Shown: piece by piece, positions 1-9,717 of the stretch
Layout of the letters: each line of letters starts with the position of its first letter
How positions within the stretch are numbered: the first letter of the stretch is position 1
NCBI GenBank assembly: GCA_002327445.1
Contig: DCWA01000009.1
Span: 7,181-71,180, forward strand
Reading direction: 5' to 3'
Source of the DNA: Desulfobacteraceae bacterium UBA2174
Lineage (GTDB): Bacteria > Desulfobacterota > Desulfobacteria > Desulfobacterales > UBA2174
DNA length: 64,000 nt
Program-made: the position numbers and the translations under genes
Notes under the pieces: model-generated
The model's input: the letters and a program-made list of their open reading frames with translations, nothing else
Databases searched by the model: none
Told to the model about the DNA's origin: nothing

Positions 1-782
1 CCGCAGAATCCACCGGCGCCTCGGTGGAAAACTGCCGCTTGGTGGGCAGCGGCAACTCTGACATGGGCATGGTGATGGGCTCGGTGGCCCATAAGGCCGC
101 CAACGGGCAGGACCCGTTTGAAAAAGAGTACCCAATCGTCTCCCTGTTCCAGATGTATCCGGCCCCGGAGCACATCGTGACCACGGTACAGAGCGGGATC
201 AAATCGGTGGGCGACCTGAAGGGCAAGAAGGTCTCCATCGATGTGCCCGGCAGCGGGTGTGCCACCATGGCCACCGCGATTCTTGAAGAGGTCGGGTTCG
301 ATCTGAAAAAAGACATCACCATCGCCAATCTCTCCCAATCCGAATCGGTTCAGGCTCTCAAGGACGGAGTCGTGGATGCGGTGTTCTTCAACTTCGCCTA
401 CCCGGGCTCGGCGGTGATGGACCTGGCCGCCACTCGTGACATCGTGCTGGTGCCTATCGACAAGCCCCTGGCCGACCGCATCGTCAAGAAATACCCCTAT
501 TACGTCCAGATCACCATTCCCGGCAAGACGTACAACGACGTGGACGCCGACGTGCTGTGCCTCGGCGATTCCAACCTCCTCATCGCCAGCCAAAACATGA
601 AGGAAGACGTGGCCTACAAGGCGGTCAAGGCCATTCTCGGCAACGTCAAGGAAGGCCAGTACGCCCTGGTGAACATCCACCCCATCGCTGCCCAACTCAC
701 TGCGGCCAATGCTATCAACAGTCCGCTGCCGCTTCACCCCGGCGCGCTGAAGTATTTCAAGGAAATCGGAGCGCTGAAGTAA
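1..782 (+). CDS. TAXI-family TRAP transporter solute-binding subunit (5' end outside window)
   Basis: ESTGASVEN-like start, DLKGKKVS..GSG, ALKDG.VDA and PLHPGALKYFKE motifs; adjacent to a DUF1850 gene and a fused TRAP permease. Confidence 0.9.
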   Translation, partial: AESTGASVENCRLVGSGNSDMGMVMGSVAHKAANGQDPFEKEYPIVSLFQMYPAPEHIVTTVQSGIKSVGDLKGKKVSIDVPGSGCATMATAILEEVGFDLKKDITIANLSQSESVQALKDGVVDAVFFNFAYPGSAVMDLAATRDIVLVPIDKPLADRIVKKYPYYVQITIPGKTYNDVDADVLCLGDSNLLIASQNMKEDVAYKAVKAILGNVKEGQYALVNIHPIAAQLTAANAINSPLPLHPGALKYFKEIGALK

Positions 783-853
783 ACACCGGCCACCACGGGC
801 GGCCCTCATTGGCACCCTGTGGCAAAAGCCGGCCTCGTTTTCGGGAGCACGTT

Positions 854-1345
854 TTGCCCGCAACCGGTCGTATTTCGTTTTTCGCCGCAGGCATCCTCGC
901 GCTTTTGGCAACGGCCGTGATGGCCTCCGACGGCCCAGTCGACTGGCGCCTGGAAGTGGTGCGCCGGTCCGACGGCCTGGTTTTGTGGGACCATCCGGTG
1001 CGGGTTGGAGCGTGTTTCACCCTCGATTACGTCCATTCTTCGGACCACACCCCGGTTCACGATCTCTTTGCCGTCGGCGCCGGGGGGGAGCTGGTGTTGA
1101 TCGAAGAACGCTTCGACTGGTACGGGTCCGGGCTGGAATTTCACCCCACAGCGGAAATCCGTTTCTGCGAGGAGGGAACCCGGGTTCGCCTCAATCGCTC
1201 GTTTTCATTCCTGGCCCTGAGGGTCGGCCAAGTGGCCGGCCAGGTGTTGACGGTTCACCAGACGCGACTGCCGCTGCTGAAGGTCGCCAAACCGATGGAG
1301 TCCGTATGCCTCCGCATCGCCCGTCCGACGGATCGCAACCGATAG
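854..1345 (+). CDS. DUF1850-domain protein (start uncertain: TTG 854 or ATG 920)
   Basis: F.L.YVHS..HTPV.D.F and E.F..YGSGL pattern; typical position between TAXI SBP and permease. Confidence 0.75.
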   Translation: MPATGRISFFAAGILALLATAVMASDGPVDWRLEVVRRSDGLVLWDHPVRVGACFTLDYVHSSDHTPVHDLFAVGAGGELVLIEERFDWYGSGLEFHPTAEIRFCEEGTRVRLNRSFSFLALRVGQVAGQVLTVHQTRLPLLKVAKPMESVCLRIARPTDRNR

Positions 1346-3351
1346 ACCCGAGGTCGCCCGACACTGCAAGACCGGGTTCCGAAAGCAACGACGGCACCGA
1401 CGCCAGCAAGGCGCAGGAGGTGCTGGAACGATTTGAACGTAAGCGCCGATTCACCGGCACCTCCAACCGCCTGATCACCGGCGTCGCGGTGGCCGCCTCC
1501 TGCTACCATCTGGCGTACGCCTACTTACACCCCTTTTTTGCCCTGGACCACCGGGCGCTGCACTGGCTGCTGATGTCCATCCTGCTGTTCGCGCTGTATC
1601 CCTTTTCCAAGAAGCGCGCCATCCGGGGAGGAATGACACTCTGCGACGCCCTGCTGATGACCGCTTCGGCGGGAATCTGCATCTGGATCTTTTTCAATTC
1701 CACCGCGATCATGAACCGCGCCGGGGCCTACGCCACGGGCGACGTGGTGCTGGGTACGGCCCTGGTGATCATCGTGCTCGAAGCGGCCCGCCGTTCCACC
1801 GGCTTGGCCGTACCCGTCATCGCCATGGTGTTTGTCGCCTACAGCCTCTTCGGTCCCTACCTGCCCGACGCCTTGAGCCACAGGGGATACTCCATCGCCC
1901 GGTTGAGCACCTACCTGTCCCTGTCCACCGACGGCATCTTCGGGGTCCCGATGGGGGTCTCGGCAAACTTCATCCTGCTCTTCATTCTCTACGGCGCATT
2001 GTTGCGCAAGACCGGGGCCGGGCAGTTCTTCACCGATGTGGCCTTTGCCCTGACGGGATGGAGCCGCGGCGGCCCCGCCAAGGCCGCCGTGGTTTCCAGC
2101 GCCTTTTTTGGAATGATTTCAGGCTCCTCGGTGGCCAATACGGTCACCACGGGATGCTTCACCATCCCCCTGATGAAACGCACCGGGTACCCGAGCCACT
2201 TCGCCGCCGGGGTGGAGGCATCTTCCTCCACCATGGGCCAGATCATGCCCCCGATCATGGGCGCGGCGGCCTTCATCATGGCCGAGTTCCTCGGTATCTC
2301 TTATTTCAAGGTCTGCGTGGCAGCGGCCATTCCGGCGACCCTGGCCTTTTTCTCGACTTTCATGCAGGTTCATTTCCGGGCCGTGGCCATGGGGTTGATC
2401 GGGATGCCGCGCCGCGAACTGCCTGGAATCCGGTCCGCCTTCGCCGCCGGCTGGCACCACATCTTCTCCATCTTCCTGCTGATGTATTTTCTGATGAGGG
2501 ACTACTCGCCCGAACGGGCCGTCTTCTGGGCGATTTTGACCACGGTGGGCTCGGCGCTGATCATGGGCTTGCTGCGCCGGCAATCTCTCAAAGGACTTGG
2601 CGTTTTGATCCTGGAAGGTCTGGCAGAGGGCGCAATCGGCGCGGTGGAGGTGGCGGCGGCCTGCGCCGCGGCCGGAATTATCATCGGGGCGATCACCATG
2701 ACCGGGCTGGGCATCAAGTTCTCCTCGCTGGTGGTGGACGCGTCGATGGGCCATCTCTTTCTTGCGCTGCCGTTCACCATGATCGCCTGCCTGTTTCTCG
2801 GAATGGGGGTGCCGACCACGGCCCAGTACATCATCATCTCCTCTCTGGTAGCACCGGCCTTGGTGCAGATGGGCGTCACGGCCATCGCAGCCCACCTGTT
2901 CATCCTTTACTTCGGCACCCGGGCCGACATCACACCACCGGTGGCCCTGGCGGCCTATGCCGGAGCCGGAATCGCCGGATCCGACCCCTGGAAGACCGGC
3001 TTGGCCGCCTTCCAGTTGGGAATCGCCGGGTTCATCATTCCGTTCATGTTCGTCTATGCCAACGAATTGCTCTTCGCAGGACCGATCCTTCACATTCTTT
3101 GGGCGCTGGCGACCGCGCTGCTGGGCGTGACCTGCCTGGCGGCTGCCGTGCAGCGCTGCCTGATCGTCAAAACCGCATGGCATGAAACGCTGCTGCTCTA
3201 TATCGTCGCCTTCCTGCTGATCAAACCCGGCTTGCTGACCGACATTGCCGGGTTCGGCCTTTTTTCCGCCGTCTTTGCTTTGCAATGGCGCGCCCGTCGG
3301 CGACGCTGGACGGCGGCGGAAGGACAACCGGTGGTTCAGCCCTTGCGCTGA
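1306..3351 (+). CDS. TRAP transporter 4TM/12TM fused permease
   Basis: GGPAKAAVVSSAFFGMISGSSVANTVTTG, GQIMPPIMGAAAFIMAE, GMGVPTT, ITPPVALAAYA motifs; start approximate. Confidence 0.92.
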   Translation: MPPHRPSDGSQPIDPRSPDTARPGSESNDGTDASKAQEVLERFERKRRFTGTSNRLITGVAVAASCYHLAYAYLHPFFALDHRALHWLLMSILLFALYPFSKKRAIRGGMTLCDALLMTASAGICIWIFFNSTAIMNRAGAYATGDVVLGTALVIIVLEAARRSTGLAVPVIAMVFVAYSLFGPYLPDALSHRGYSIARLSTYLSLSTDGIFGVPMGVSANFILLFILYGALLRKTGAGQFFTDVAFALTGWSRGGPAKAAVVSSAFFGMISGSSVANTVTTGCFTIPLMKRTGYPSHFAAGVEASSSTMGQIMPPIMGAAAFIMAEFLGISYFKVCVAAAIPATLAFFSTFMQVHFRAVAMGLIGMPRRELPGIRSAFAAGWHHIFSIFLLMYFLMRDYSPERAVFWAILTTVGSALIMGLLRRQSLKGLGVLILEGLAEGAIGAVEVAAACAAAGIIIGAITMTGLGIKFSSLVVDASMGHLFLALPFTMIACLFLGMGVPTTAQYIIISSLVAPALVQMGVTAIAAHLFILYFGTRADITPPVALAAYAGAGIAGSDPWKTGLAAFQLGIAGFIIPFMFVYANELLFAGPILHILWALATALLGVTCLAAAVQRCLIVKTAWHETLLLYIVAFLLIKPGLLTDIAGFGLFSAVFALQWRARRRRWTAAEGQPVVQPLR

Positions 3352-3384
3352 AATCTGGACATTATCGAAAAGGAGAACACACCC

Positions 3385-4734
3385 ATGTCGACCACTGTGC
3401 AACGGGACCATGTATTCTATCGCAACCCGAGCAAAAACTACCCCACCGCCGTCCGGGCCGAAGGAGTGATGATTTACGATCAGGACGGCAAGGCCTACAT
3501 CGACGGATCGGGCGGCGCCGTGGTGGTTTCCATCGGCCACGGGGTCCGCGAAATCGACCAGGCCATGCGCCAGCAGGCGTCCCGCATCGCTTTCGCCCAT
3601 GGCTCCCAGTTCACCACCGAAGCCGCGGTGGGCCTGGCCCGGCGCATCGTGGACATCTGTCCCCCAGGCCTGGAATGGGTCTATTTTCTCTCCGGCGGCT
3701 CGGAAGCCATCGAAACGGCCATCAAGATGGCCCGCCAGTACCAGGTCGACCGCGGGATGCCGTCCAAGTACAAGGTGATATCCCGTTGGACGAGCTACCA
3801 CGGCAATACCCTGGGGGCACTGGCCCTCGGCGGCCACACCGGCCGCCGCAAGTACTACCTGCCGTTGATCCAGCACACCCCGCACATCGTGCCGGCCTAC
3901 TGCTACCGCTGCCCCTTCGGCCGAACGCCGGATGCTTGCGCCCTGGAGTGCGCCGCCGACCTGGAATCCACCATCCTCTATGAAGGGCCCGATTCGGTAT
4001 CGGCCTTCCTGGCTGAGCCGGTGGTGGGCGCCACCGCCGGCGCCCTGGTCCCCAGGGACGGCTATTTTCAGAAAATCCGCGAGATCTGCGACCGCTACGA
4101 CGTGCTGCTCATCGTCGACGAAGTGATGAGCGGGGTGGGCCGCTGTGGCAAAAACTTCGCCATCGAGCACTGGGGCGTGGTGCCGGACATGATAGTGGGC
4201 AGCAAGGGTCTGGCCGGCGGCTACAGCCCGATCTTCTCCGTGGTGACCACGGAAAAGGTCCACACGGCGATCAAGGAGGGCAACGGCGCCTTCGTTCACG
4301 GGCACACCTACAGCCAGAATCCCTTGTCCTGCGCCGTCGCCTCTGCCGTGCTGGATTACATCCGCGACCACGATCTGGTCGCCCGCAGCGCGGCCATGGG
4401 GGCGTATCTGCTCCAACGCCTGCAACGCCTCTACCGCAATCCCATCGTGGGCGACGTCCGGGGCCTGGGGCTGATGGCCGGGGTGGAGTTCGTCGCCGAC
4501 CGCAATACGCGCCGCCCCTTTGCCCCGCAGCTCAAGCTCAACGCCCTGATCACCAACCGGGCCTTTGAAAAGGGGTTGATCGTCTATCCGGGCGGGGGCG
4601 GGGCGGACGGGGTCAACGGCGACCATGTCCTGCTGGCGCCGCCGTTTGTGATCACCGAAGCGCAGATCGACCGGTTGGTGGAGATCCTGGACGAATCCAT
4701 CAGCGAAATCACCGCCGAAAAAAACCTGGTTTGA
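3385..4734 (+). CDS. Class-III PLP-dependent aminotransferase
   Basis: SGGSEAIETAIK, SYHG, AEPVVG, DEVMSG.GR, SKGL.GGY, HGHTYS motifs; AGGAG RBS upstream. Confidence 0.92.
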   Translation: MSTTVQRDHVFYRNPSKNYPTAVRAEGVMIYDQDGKAYIDGSGGAVVVSIGHGVREIDQAMRQQASRIAFAHGSQFTTEAAVGLARRIVDICPPGLEWVYFLSGGSEAIETAIKMARQYQVDRGMPSKYKVISRWTSYHGNTLGALALGGHTGRRKYYLPLIQHTPHIVPAYCYRCPFGRTPDACALECAADLESTILYEGPDSVSAFLAEPVVGATAGALVPRDGYFQKIREICDRYDVLLIVDEVMSGVGRCGKNFAIEHWGVVPDMIVGSKGLAGGYSPIFSVVTTEKVHTAIKEGNGAFVHGHTYSQNPLSCAVASAVLDYIRDHDLVARSAAMGAYLLQRLQRLYRNPIVGDVRGLGLMAGVEFVADRNTRRPFAPQLKLNALITNRAFEKGLIVYPGGGGADGVNGDHVLLAPPFVITEAQIDRLVEILDESISEITAEKNLV

Positions 4735-4790
4735 GCGGGAACCGCCGCCGGGCGCTGGCGGGGGCCGATTCCCTGCAAAAGGTGAAACAA

Positions 4791-5663
4791 ATGGAAAAGC
4801 TCATCATCACGGTGGCCCTGACCGGCAACGTGCCCACCCGGCAAATGAACCCGAATCTTCCGGTCACCGCGGAACAGATCGCCGCGGACGTCCGGCGCTG
4901 CCGCGATGCCGGAGCGGTCCTCTTTCATGTGCACGCTCGGGATGCCGACCAGAAGCCCACCCTGGATATCGACGCCTACAAGGCCAATGTGCGCGCCATC
5001 AAGGCCGCCGCGCCGGAGGTGATCCTCCAGCTGTCCACCGGTGCCCGGGCCGGTAGAAATTGGGAGGATCGTGCCGGGCCGGTACGCCTGCTGCCGGAGA
5101 TGGGCTCGTTTACCACGGGCTCCAACAACCTGCCCGGCATCGTCTACGAAAACTCCCCGCAATTCATTGAATTTCTGGCCGGCGTCTACCGCGAGACGTC
5201 GGTCAAGCCAGAAATCGAGGTCTTCGAAACCGGCATGATCGCCAATGCCCTGCACCTGCAGAAAAAAGGGTTCCTCCAGGCCCCCCTGCACTTCGATTTC
5301 GTCCTCGGCGCGCCCGGGGCCATGCCGGGGACGATCAAGAACCTGCTCTTCCTGTCCGAGAGCATCCCGGCAGGATCGACCTGGACGGTGGCGGGAATCG
5401 GCAAGTCGGAAATTCCGCTTTCCACCGCGGCCATCGTCATGGGCGGTCACGTGCGCGTCGGCCTGGAAGACAACCTCTTCATGCCGGACGGATCGCCGGC
5501 CGCCAATCCACTCCTGGTAGAAAAAATCGTCAAAATTTCCCGTGAGATAGGCCGAGATATCGCCTCCGCTGACGAGGCCCGGTCAATCCTTTGCCTCGAC
5601 CCGGCGAACAAGGACAGAGTTCTTTTCGGTGTGGCGCCGCAGCCCCCTCAAGCGTTGCCCTGA
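4791..5663 (+). CDS. kce: 3-keto-5-aminohexanoate cleavage enzyme family (BKACE/DUF849)
   Basis: KLIITVALTG, HVHARD metal motif, LSTG, KPEIEVFE, GGHVRVGLEDN. Confidence 0.88.
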   Translation: MEKLIITVALTGNVPTRQMNPNLPVTAEQIAADVRRCRDAGAVLFHVHARDADQKPTLDIDAYKANVRAIKAAAPEVILQLSTGARAGRNWEDRAGPVRLLPEMGSFTTGSNNLPGIVYENSPQFIEFLAGVYRETSVKPEIEVFETGMIANALHLQKKGFLQAPLHFDFVLGAPGAMPGTIKNLLFLSESIPAGSTWTVAGIGKSEIPLSTAAIVMGGHVRVGLEDNLFMPDGSPAANPLLVEKIVKISREIGRDIASADEARSILCLDPANKDRVLFGVAPQPPQALP

Positions 5664-5825
5664 GCCCGCTTCCCGCCTCTTGAGGGGGGCAAACCGGCAC
5701 CGCTTAAGGAACTCGCCGACCCTTTTATGAAATTCTGCTTGAAATTCATGCGTTTTTATGGTCTAAGCCTGCCAGGCGAAGGTGGCGCAAACCCTGTACC
5801 ACTAAAATCTAAGGAGGAGGAAGAG

Positions 5826-6098
5826 ATGACCAAGGCGGAACTGGTGGAGTTGATGGCAAAAGACGCCGGCTTATCCAAGGCGGCGGCGGCGGCGGCCCTG
5901 GATGCCTTTGTCGGCGGTGTCACCGCGGCGCTGAAGAAGAAGGAAGGCAAGGTCACGCTGGTGGGCTTCGGCACCTTTCAGAAGGTTCGCCGCAAGGCCC
6001 GCAAGGGGCGCAATCCCCAGACCGGGGACAAGATCACCATCAAGGCGCACAACGTGGTCAAGTTTGTTCCCGGCAAAAAACTAAAGGACGCGGTCTGA
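5826..6098 (+). CDS. hup: HU-family DNA-binding protein
   Basis: MTKAELV...GFGTF...RKGRNPQTG...[11 protein letters not shown]; strong AGGAGG RBS. Confidence 0.95.
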   Translation: MTKAELVELMAKDAGLSKAAAAAALDAFVGGVTAALKKKEGKVTLVGFGTFQKVRRKARKGRNPQTGDKITIKAHNVVKFVPGKKLKDAV

Positions 6099-6123
6099 TC
6101 GCGTTCGACCTTCGATTTTCGAC

Positions 6124-6173
6124 AAAGGGGACGTTCCCAAGCACTCGGCGCGGGGGGCGCCCCCTTTTCTTTT
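6124..6173 (+). terminator. Probable intrinsic terminator after HU
   Basis: AAAGGGG...CCCCTTTTCTTTT GC-rich stem with T tail right after the stop. Confidence 0.55.
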
Positions 6174-6222
6174 CTGAAAACTTTCCGCCGGAAAGTTTTC
6201 ATCCACCTGGCCGGGCCGCACG

Positions 6223-7173
6223 ATGGATGCCCGCACCCAAACTTCGGAACAGCGCATGAAAACCGTCCATGACGTCGCCATTCTGGGCGCCGGGGCCATG
6301 GGGGCCTTTTTCGCCGCCCGCTTCGCCGCCAACAAGTCTTTCACCACCCGCTTGATCGCCAGCGGGGAACGCCGCGAACGCCTGGCGCGCGGCGGCCTGA
6401 TCGTCAACGGCGAACCTGTTTTCATCCCGGTCGTTTCGCCGGAAGAAGGCGCGACGCCGGCCGATCTGATCATCGTGGCGCTCAAGCACCACCACCTGTC
6501 ATCCGCCGTCGCGGGCCTCAAGGCCTTCGTGGGGCCGGATACGGTGATCATCTCGGTGATGAACGGAATCGAAAGCGAAGCCATCATCGGGGCGGCCGTC
6601 GGTCCGGACAAGGTCCTGTATGCCATTTCGGTGGGCATCGACGCGGTGCGCGAAGGAAACCGGCTCACCTATTCGAATCCGGGGCGGCACATTTTCGGAG
6701 AAGCGGACAACACCGTCGTCGGCGACCGGGTGCGACGGGTGCAGGAGGCCTTCAACCGGGCCGGCATCGCCTGGGAGACCCCGCCGGACATGATCCGGAT
6801 GCTCTGGTGGAAGTTCATGATCAACGTCGGCATCAACCAGGCCTCGGCCGCCATGCGCGCCCCCTACGGCACCTTCCAGACCCGCGCCGAGGCCCGGGAT
6901 TTGATGGAGGCCCTGATGCGCGAGGTCATCGCGCTGGCCGGTCCGGCCGGCGTGAACTTGGGCGAGCCGGATATTGTTGACTGGTACCGGGTCCTGCCAA
7001 CCCTGTCCCCCACGGGCAAGACATCCATGCTGCAGGACGTCGAGGCCGGCCGCAAGACCGAGGTGGAAATCTTCGGCGGCACCGTGGTCGCCCTGGGTGA
7101 GCGCTACGGCGTGCCCACCCCGGTCAACCGCACCCTTTTTCAGATCGTCCGGGTGCTGGAAGGGGCTGCGTAG
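6223..7173 (+). CDS. panE: Ketopantoate reductase family (PanE/ApbA)
   Basis: GAGAMG Rossmann motif, NGI, W.KF..N, TSMLQDV..GRKTEVE. Confidence 0.88.
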   Translation: MDARTQTSEQRMKTVHDVAILGAGAMGAFFAARFAANKSFTTRLIASGERRERLARGGLIVNGEPVFIPVVSPEEGATPADLIIVALKHHHLSSAVAGLKAFVGPDTVIISVMNGIESEAIIGAAVGPDKVLYAISVGIDAVREGNRLTYSNPGRHIFGEADNTVVGDRVRRVQEAFNRAGIAWETPPDMIRMLWWKFMINVGINQASAAMRAPYGTFQTRAEARDLMEALMREVIALAGPAGVNLGEPDIVDWYRVLPTLSPTGKTSMLQDVEAGRKTEVEIFGGTVVALGERYGVPTPVNRTLFQIVRVLEGAA

Positions 7174-7573
7174 GGATCAATCTGTCTTTTTTCCGGTACA
7201 CCATCCCCTGGAAAATGGCGATGAGCGCGTCCCGGTCGTCGGTGATCCGGACGGTGTAGGACGCCAGCTTGAAATTCCGGGAGACTTCCACGGCCTCGGC
7301 GAACAGGGTCCGGGTTTCCTCTCCCGCGGCCTTCAGGTAGGAAATGTTGGCGTTGACGGCCACCGCCACGTTGCCGTGGGCGTTGGAGGCCACGGCGAAC
7401 ACCAGGTCCGCCAAGGTGAAGATGGCGGCCCCGTGGACGATGTGCACCGCGTTGAAATGATCCCTGCGGATGTCCAGCTTGGCCCGGGCCCGGCCCTTGC
7501 CGATCTCCAGCAGCTCGATCCCGACGCTGGCGGCGAAACGATCGTTTTTGAAAAATTCCTGCAGGTCCGTCAT
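7124..7573 (-). CDS. PaaI-family hotdog-fold thioesterase
   Basis: N...IVHGAAIFTLAD.FA.ASN, ISYLKA motifs. Confidence 0.85.
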   Translation of the reverse strand: MTDLQEFFKNDRFAASVGIELLEIGKGRARAKLDIRRDHFNAVHIVHGAAIFTLADLVFAVASNAHGNVAVAVNANISYLKAAGEETRTLFAEAVEVSRNFKLASYTVRITDDRDALIAIFQGMVYRKKDRLIPTQPLPAPGRSEKGCG

Positions 7574-7747
7574 CAACGGCTCCTTTGGCCTGGAATCGAT
7601 TGGGCGAATACCGTTTTCAATGGCAGACCAGTTATCAGCCGTCAAGCCACGCCTGGAATTTCCGGAACCCGCCGCCACCGCCTTCATCCCGGACCATCAC
7701 GAAAACCTTCGGGGCATTCATTCCGTCGGACCGCATTTAATCCTGTG

Positions 7748-7776
7748 TTGACAGCTTTTTTTAAGCTTGTTAAAGA
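7748..7776 (+). promoter_or_regulatory. Putative sigma70 promoter for the dctPQM operon
   Basis: TTGACA-N17-TAAAGA in an AT-rich intergenic region. Confidence 0.45.
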
Positions 7777-7949
7777 TTTCATCATTTTCTATGGGCAGTG
7801 CCTGCAAAACCTTCGATCCTCGCCAATAGCAGAAGGCGGATATCCATTCCGGAGCCTTTCACATCATCTCCGGAAAGGTGATTCGCCCCTCTCGGGAAGA
7901 TTCCCATAACGCCTGAACGTAACGGATGCTGATAAAATAGGAGAATCGG

Positions 7950-9038
7950 ATGAAAGGTCTCTGGAAACTAGTTGTCGCCGCCGCCCTTGCCCTGGCCATG
8001 ATGGCCTCCCCTGTCTACGCATCAAAAATTGCCATTCGCGTCGCCAATGCCGGCCCGGACAAACCGGACAACCGCACGGTGAAGGCCGCCAAGATTTTCA
8101 CCCACACCCTCAACACCCTCAGCGGTGGAGAAGTCGAAGCCACCTTCTACCACGCCAGCCAGCTCGGCTCCGAGCAGGAAGCCCTGGAAGGGGTCCAGCT
8201 GGGAACCATCGAGATGGGCACCCTCTCCGGCGGTCCCGTCCCGTCCTTTTTTCCCGAGGTCATGGTTTATGACATCCCCTATCTGTTTTCCAGCAACGCC
8301 GCCGCCTGGGAGTTCTTCCAGTCCGACTTTTCCAAGAAACTGCAGGACGCGTTTCTGAAAAAGACCGGAGTGCGCATTCTGGCCACCACCGAGAACGGCT
8401 TCCGCCATTTCACCAACAAGAAGAGACAGATCAAGTCCCCGGAGGATCTCAAGGGGCTCAAGGTGCGGGTCATGCAGAACCCGGCCCACATGGCCCTGGT
8501 GCAGGCCATGGGCGGCGACCCCACCCCCATCGCCTTCAGCGAGTTGTACATGGCATTGCAGCAGGGTGTCGTGGACGCCATGGAATGCCCCATCGTGCTG
8601 ATCCACGACATGAAATTCTACGAAGTCCAGGACCAGTTGGTTCTCGATGGCCACCTCTACAACCCCCTGTTCGTCTTCGTGAACGAAGCCTTCTACCAGA
8701 AGCTGAACAACAAGCAGAAAAAGGCCCTGGACGAGGCCTCGCACCGCTTCGCCATGGCCCACTGCGGCTTCAACCAGGAATCCAACAGTACCGCCCTGGC
8801 AAACCTGGCCAAACAGGGCATGAACGTGTACAAGCCCACTCCGGCCGAAATCGCCAAATTCCGTGAAGTCGCCCAACCCGCCGGCTTGAAGTTCATCCGC
8901 GAGAAGATCGGCGACCAATGGGTTGACGAGGCGCTGAAGGCCGCGGCCGAAGCCGAAGCGGCTGTGTCCGGCAAGGAGGACGCCATCGTCAAGGAGACCA
9001 TCGCCGAGGCCAACAAGGCACTCGCCGAAACCAAATAG
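7950..9038 (+). CDS. dctP: DctP-family TRAP solute-binding protein
   Basis: Signal peptide; QLGSE, DIPYLF, ENGFRH, DLKGLKVRV, ELYMALQQGVVD. Confidence 0.93.
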   Translation: MKGLWKLVVAAALALAMMASPVYASKIAIRVANAGPDKPDNRTVKAAKIFTHTLNTLSGGEVEATFYHASQLGSEQEALEGVQLGTIEMGTLSGGPVPSFFPEVMVYDIPYLFSSNAAAWEFFQSDFSKKLQDAFLKKTGVRILATTENGFRHFTNKKRQIKSPEDLKGLKVRVMQNPAHMALVQAMGGDPTPIAFSELYMALQQGVVDAMECPIVLIHDMKFYEVQDQLVLDGHLYNPLFVFVNEAFYQKLNNKQKKALDEASHRFAMAHCGFNQESNSTALANLAKQGMNVYKPTPAEIAKFREVAQPAGLKFIREKIGDQWVDEALKAAAEAEAAVSGKEDAIVKETIAEANKALAETK

Positions 9039-9120
9039 GCAAGCGTTCCGCGGCCATTTGCATCCGCAAAACCGGGCCGGCCGCTGCCAGCGGCCGGCCC
9101 GCTATTTGAAGGATTGACCC

Positions 9121-9717
9121 TTGCTGCACCAACTTTCTTACTGGATCAACAAGACGGCCAACTGGCAAATCAAACTCTGCGCGCTCTTCATCGTCATCAC
9201 CGGCACGGCGATGACCGTCATCATCCTTTTGCAGGTATTTTTTCGTTTCGTGGTCTACATGCCGTTTCCCTGGAGCGAGGAGGCCGCTCGCTTCCTGATG
9301 ATCTGGATGGCGATGTTCGGCAGCGTTATCGCGTTTCGTCGCGGCCGGCACATCGGCGTGCGCGTGTTGGTCGAGCGAATGCCGCCGGGATTTTTCGACC
9401 GCTATCTGGCCCCGTTGATCCAGCTGAGCATCCTTGCATTTCTGTGCACCATGGGATGGCAGGGATGGCAGTTCGCCATGCGCAGCCGCTTCCAGATTTC
9501 CCCCGCACTCGAAATGTCAATGGTCTATGCATACATGGCCATTCCCGTCGGCATGGCCATGATGGCCCTGGACGTGGCAGCGGATCTTCTTCAGGACCGC
9601 TTTCCCACCGAGGCCGGATCCAACGCCAAGATATCCACCACCGCCTTGGATGACCTGGACGAGCTGGCGGCCGCCGCGCGTCAGGAAATTGAACGCGGCC
9701 GGGAGAGCGCTTCATGA
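9121..9717 (+). CDS. dctQ: TRAP small permease
   Basis: QVFFRF...WSEEAARFLMIW...G...AFRRGRHIGV; 4 TM segments. Confidence 0.92.
   Translation: MLHQLSYWINKTANWQIKLCALFIVITGTAMTVIILLQVFFRFVVYMPFPWSEEAARFLMIWMAMFGSVIAFRRGRHIGVRVLVERMPPGFFDRYLAPLIQLSILAFLCTMGWQGWQFAMRSRFQISPALEMSMVYAYMAIPVGMAMMALDVAADLLQDRFPTEAGSNAKISTTALDDLDELAAAARQEIERGRESAS

Noticed and set aside
2119-4626. 835-aa minus-strand ORF, and similar long shadow ORFs (11949-13592, 21360-23480, 31658-34030, 53225-55663, 57286-59229)
   Set aside because: Antisense or alternate-frame to well-supported genes, no recognisable motifs; expected from high-GC codon bias
7124-7173. Convergent 50-nt overlap of panE and paaI-like genes
   Set aside because: Short convergent overlaps are common and carry no clear signal
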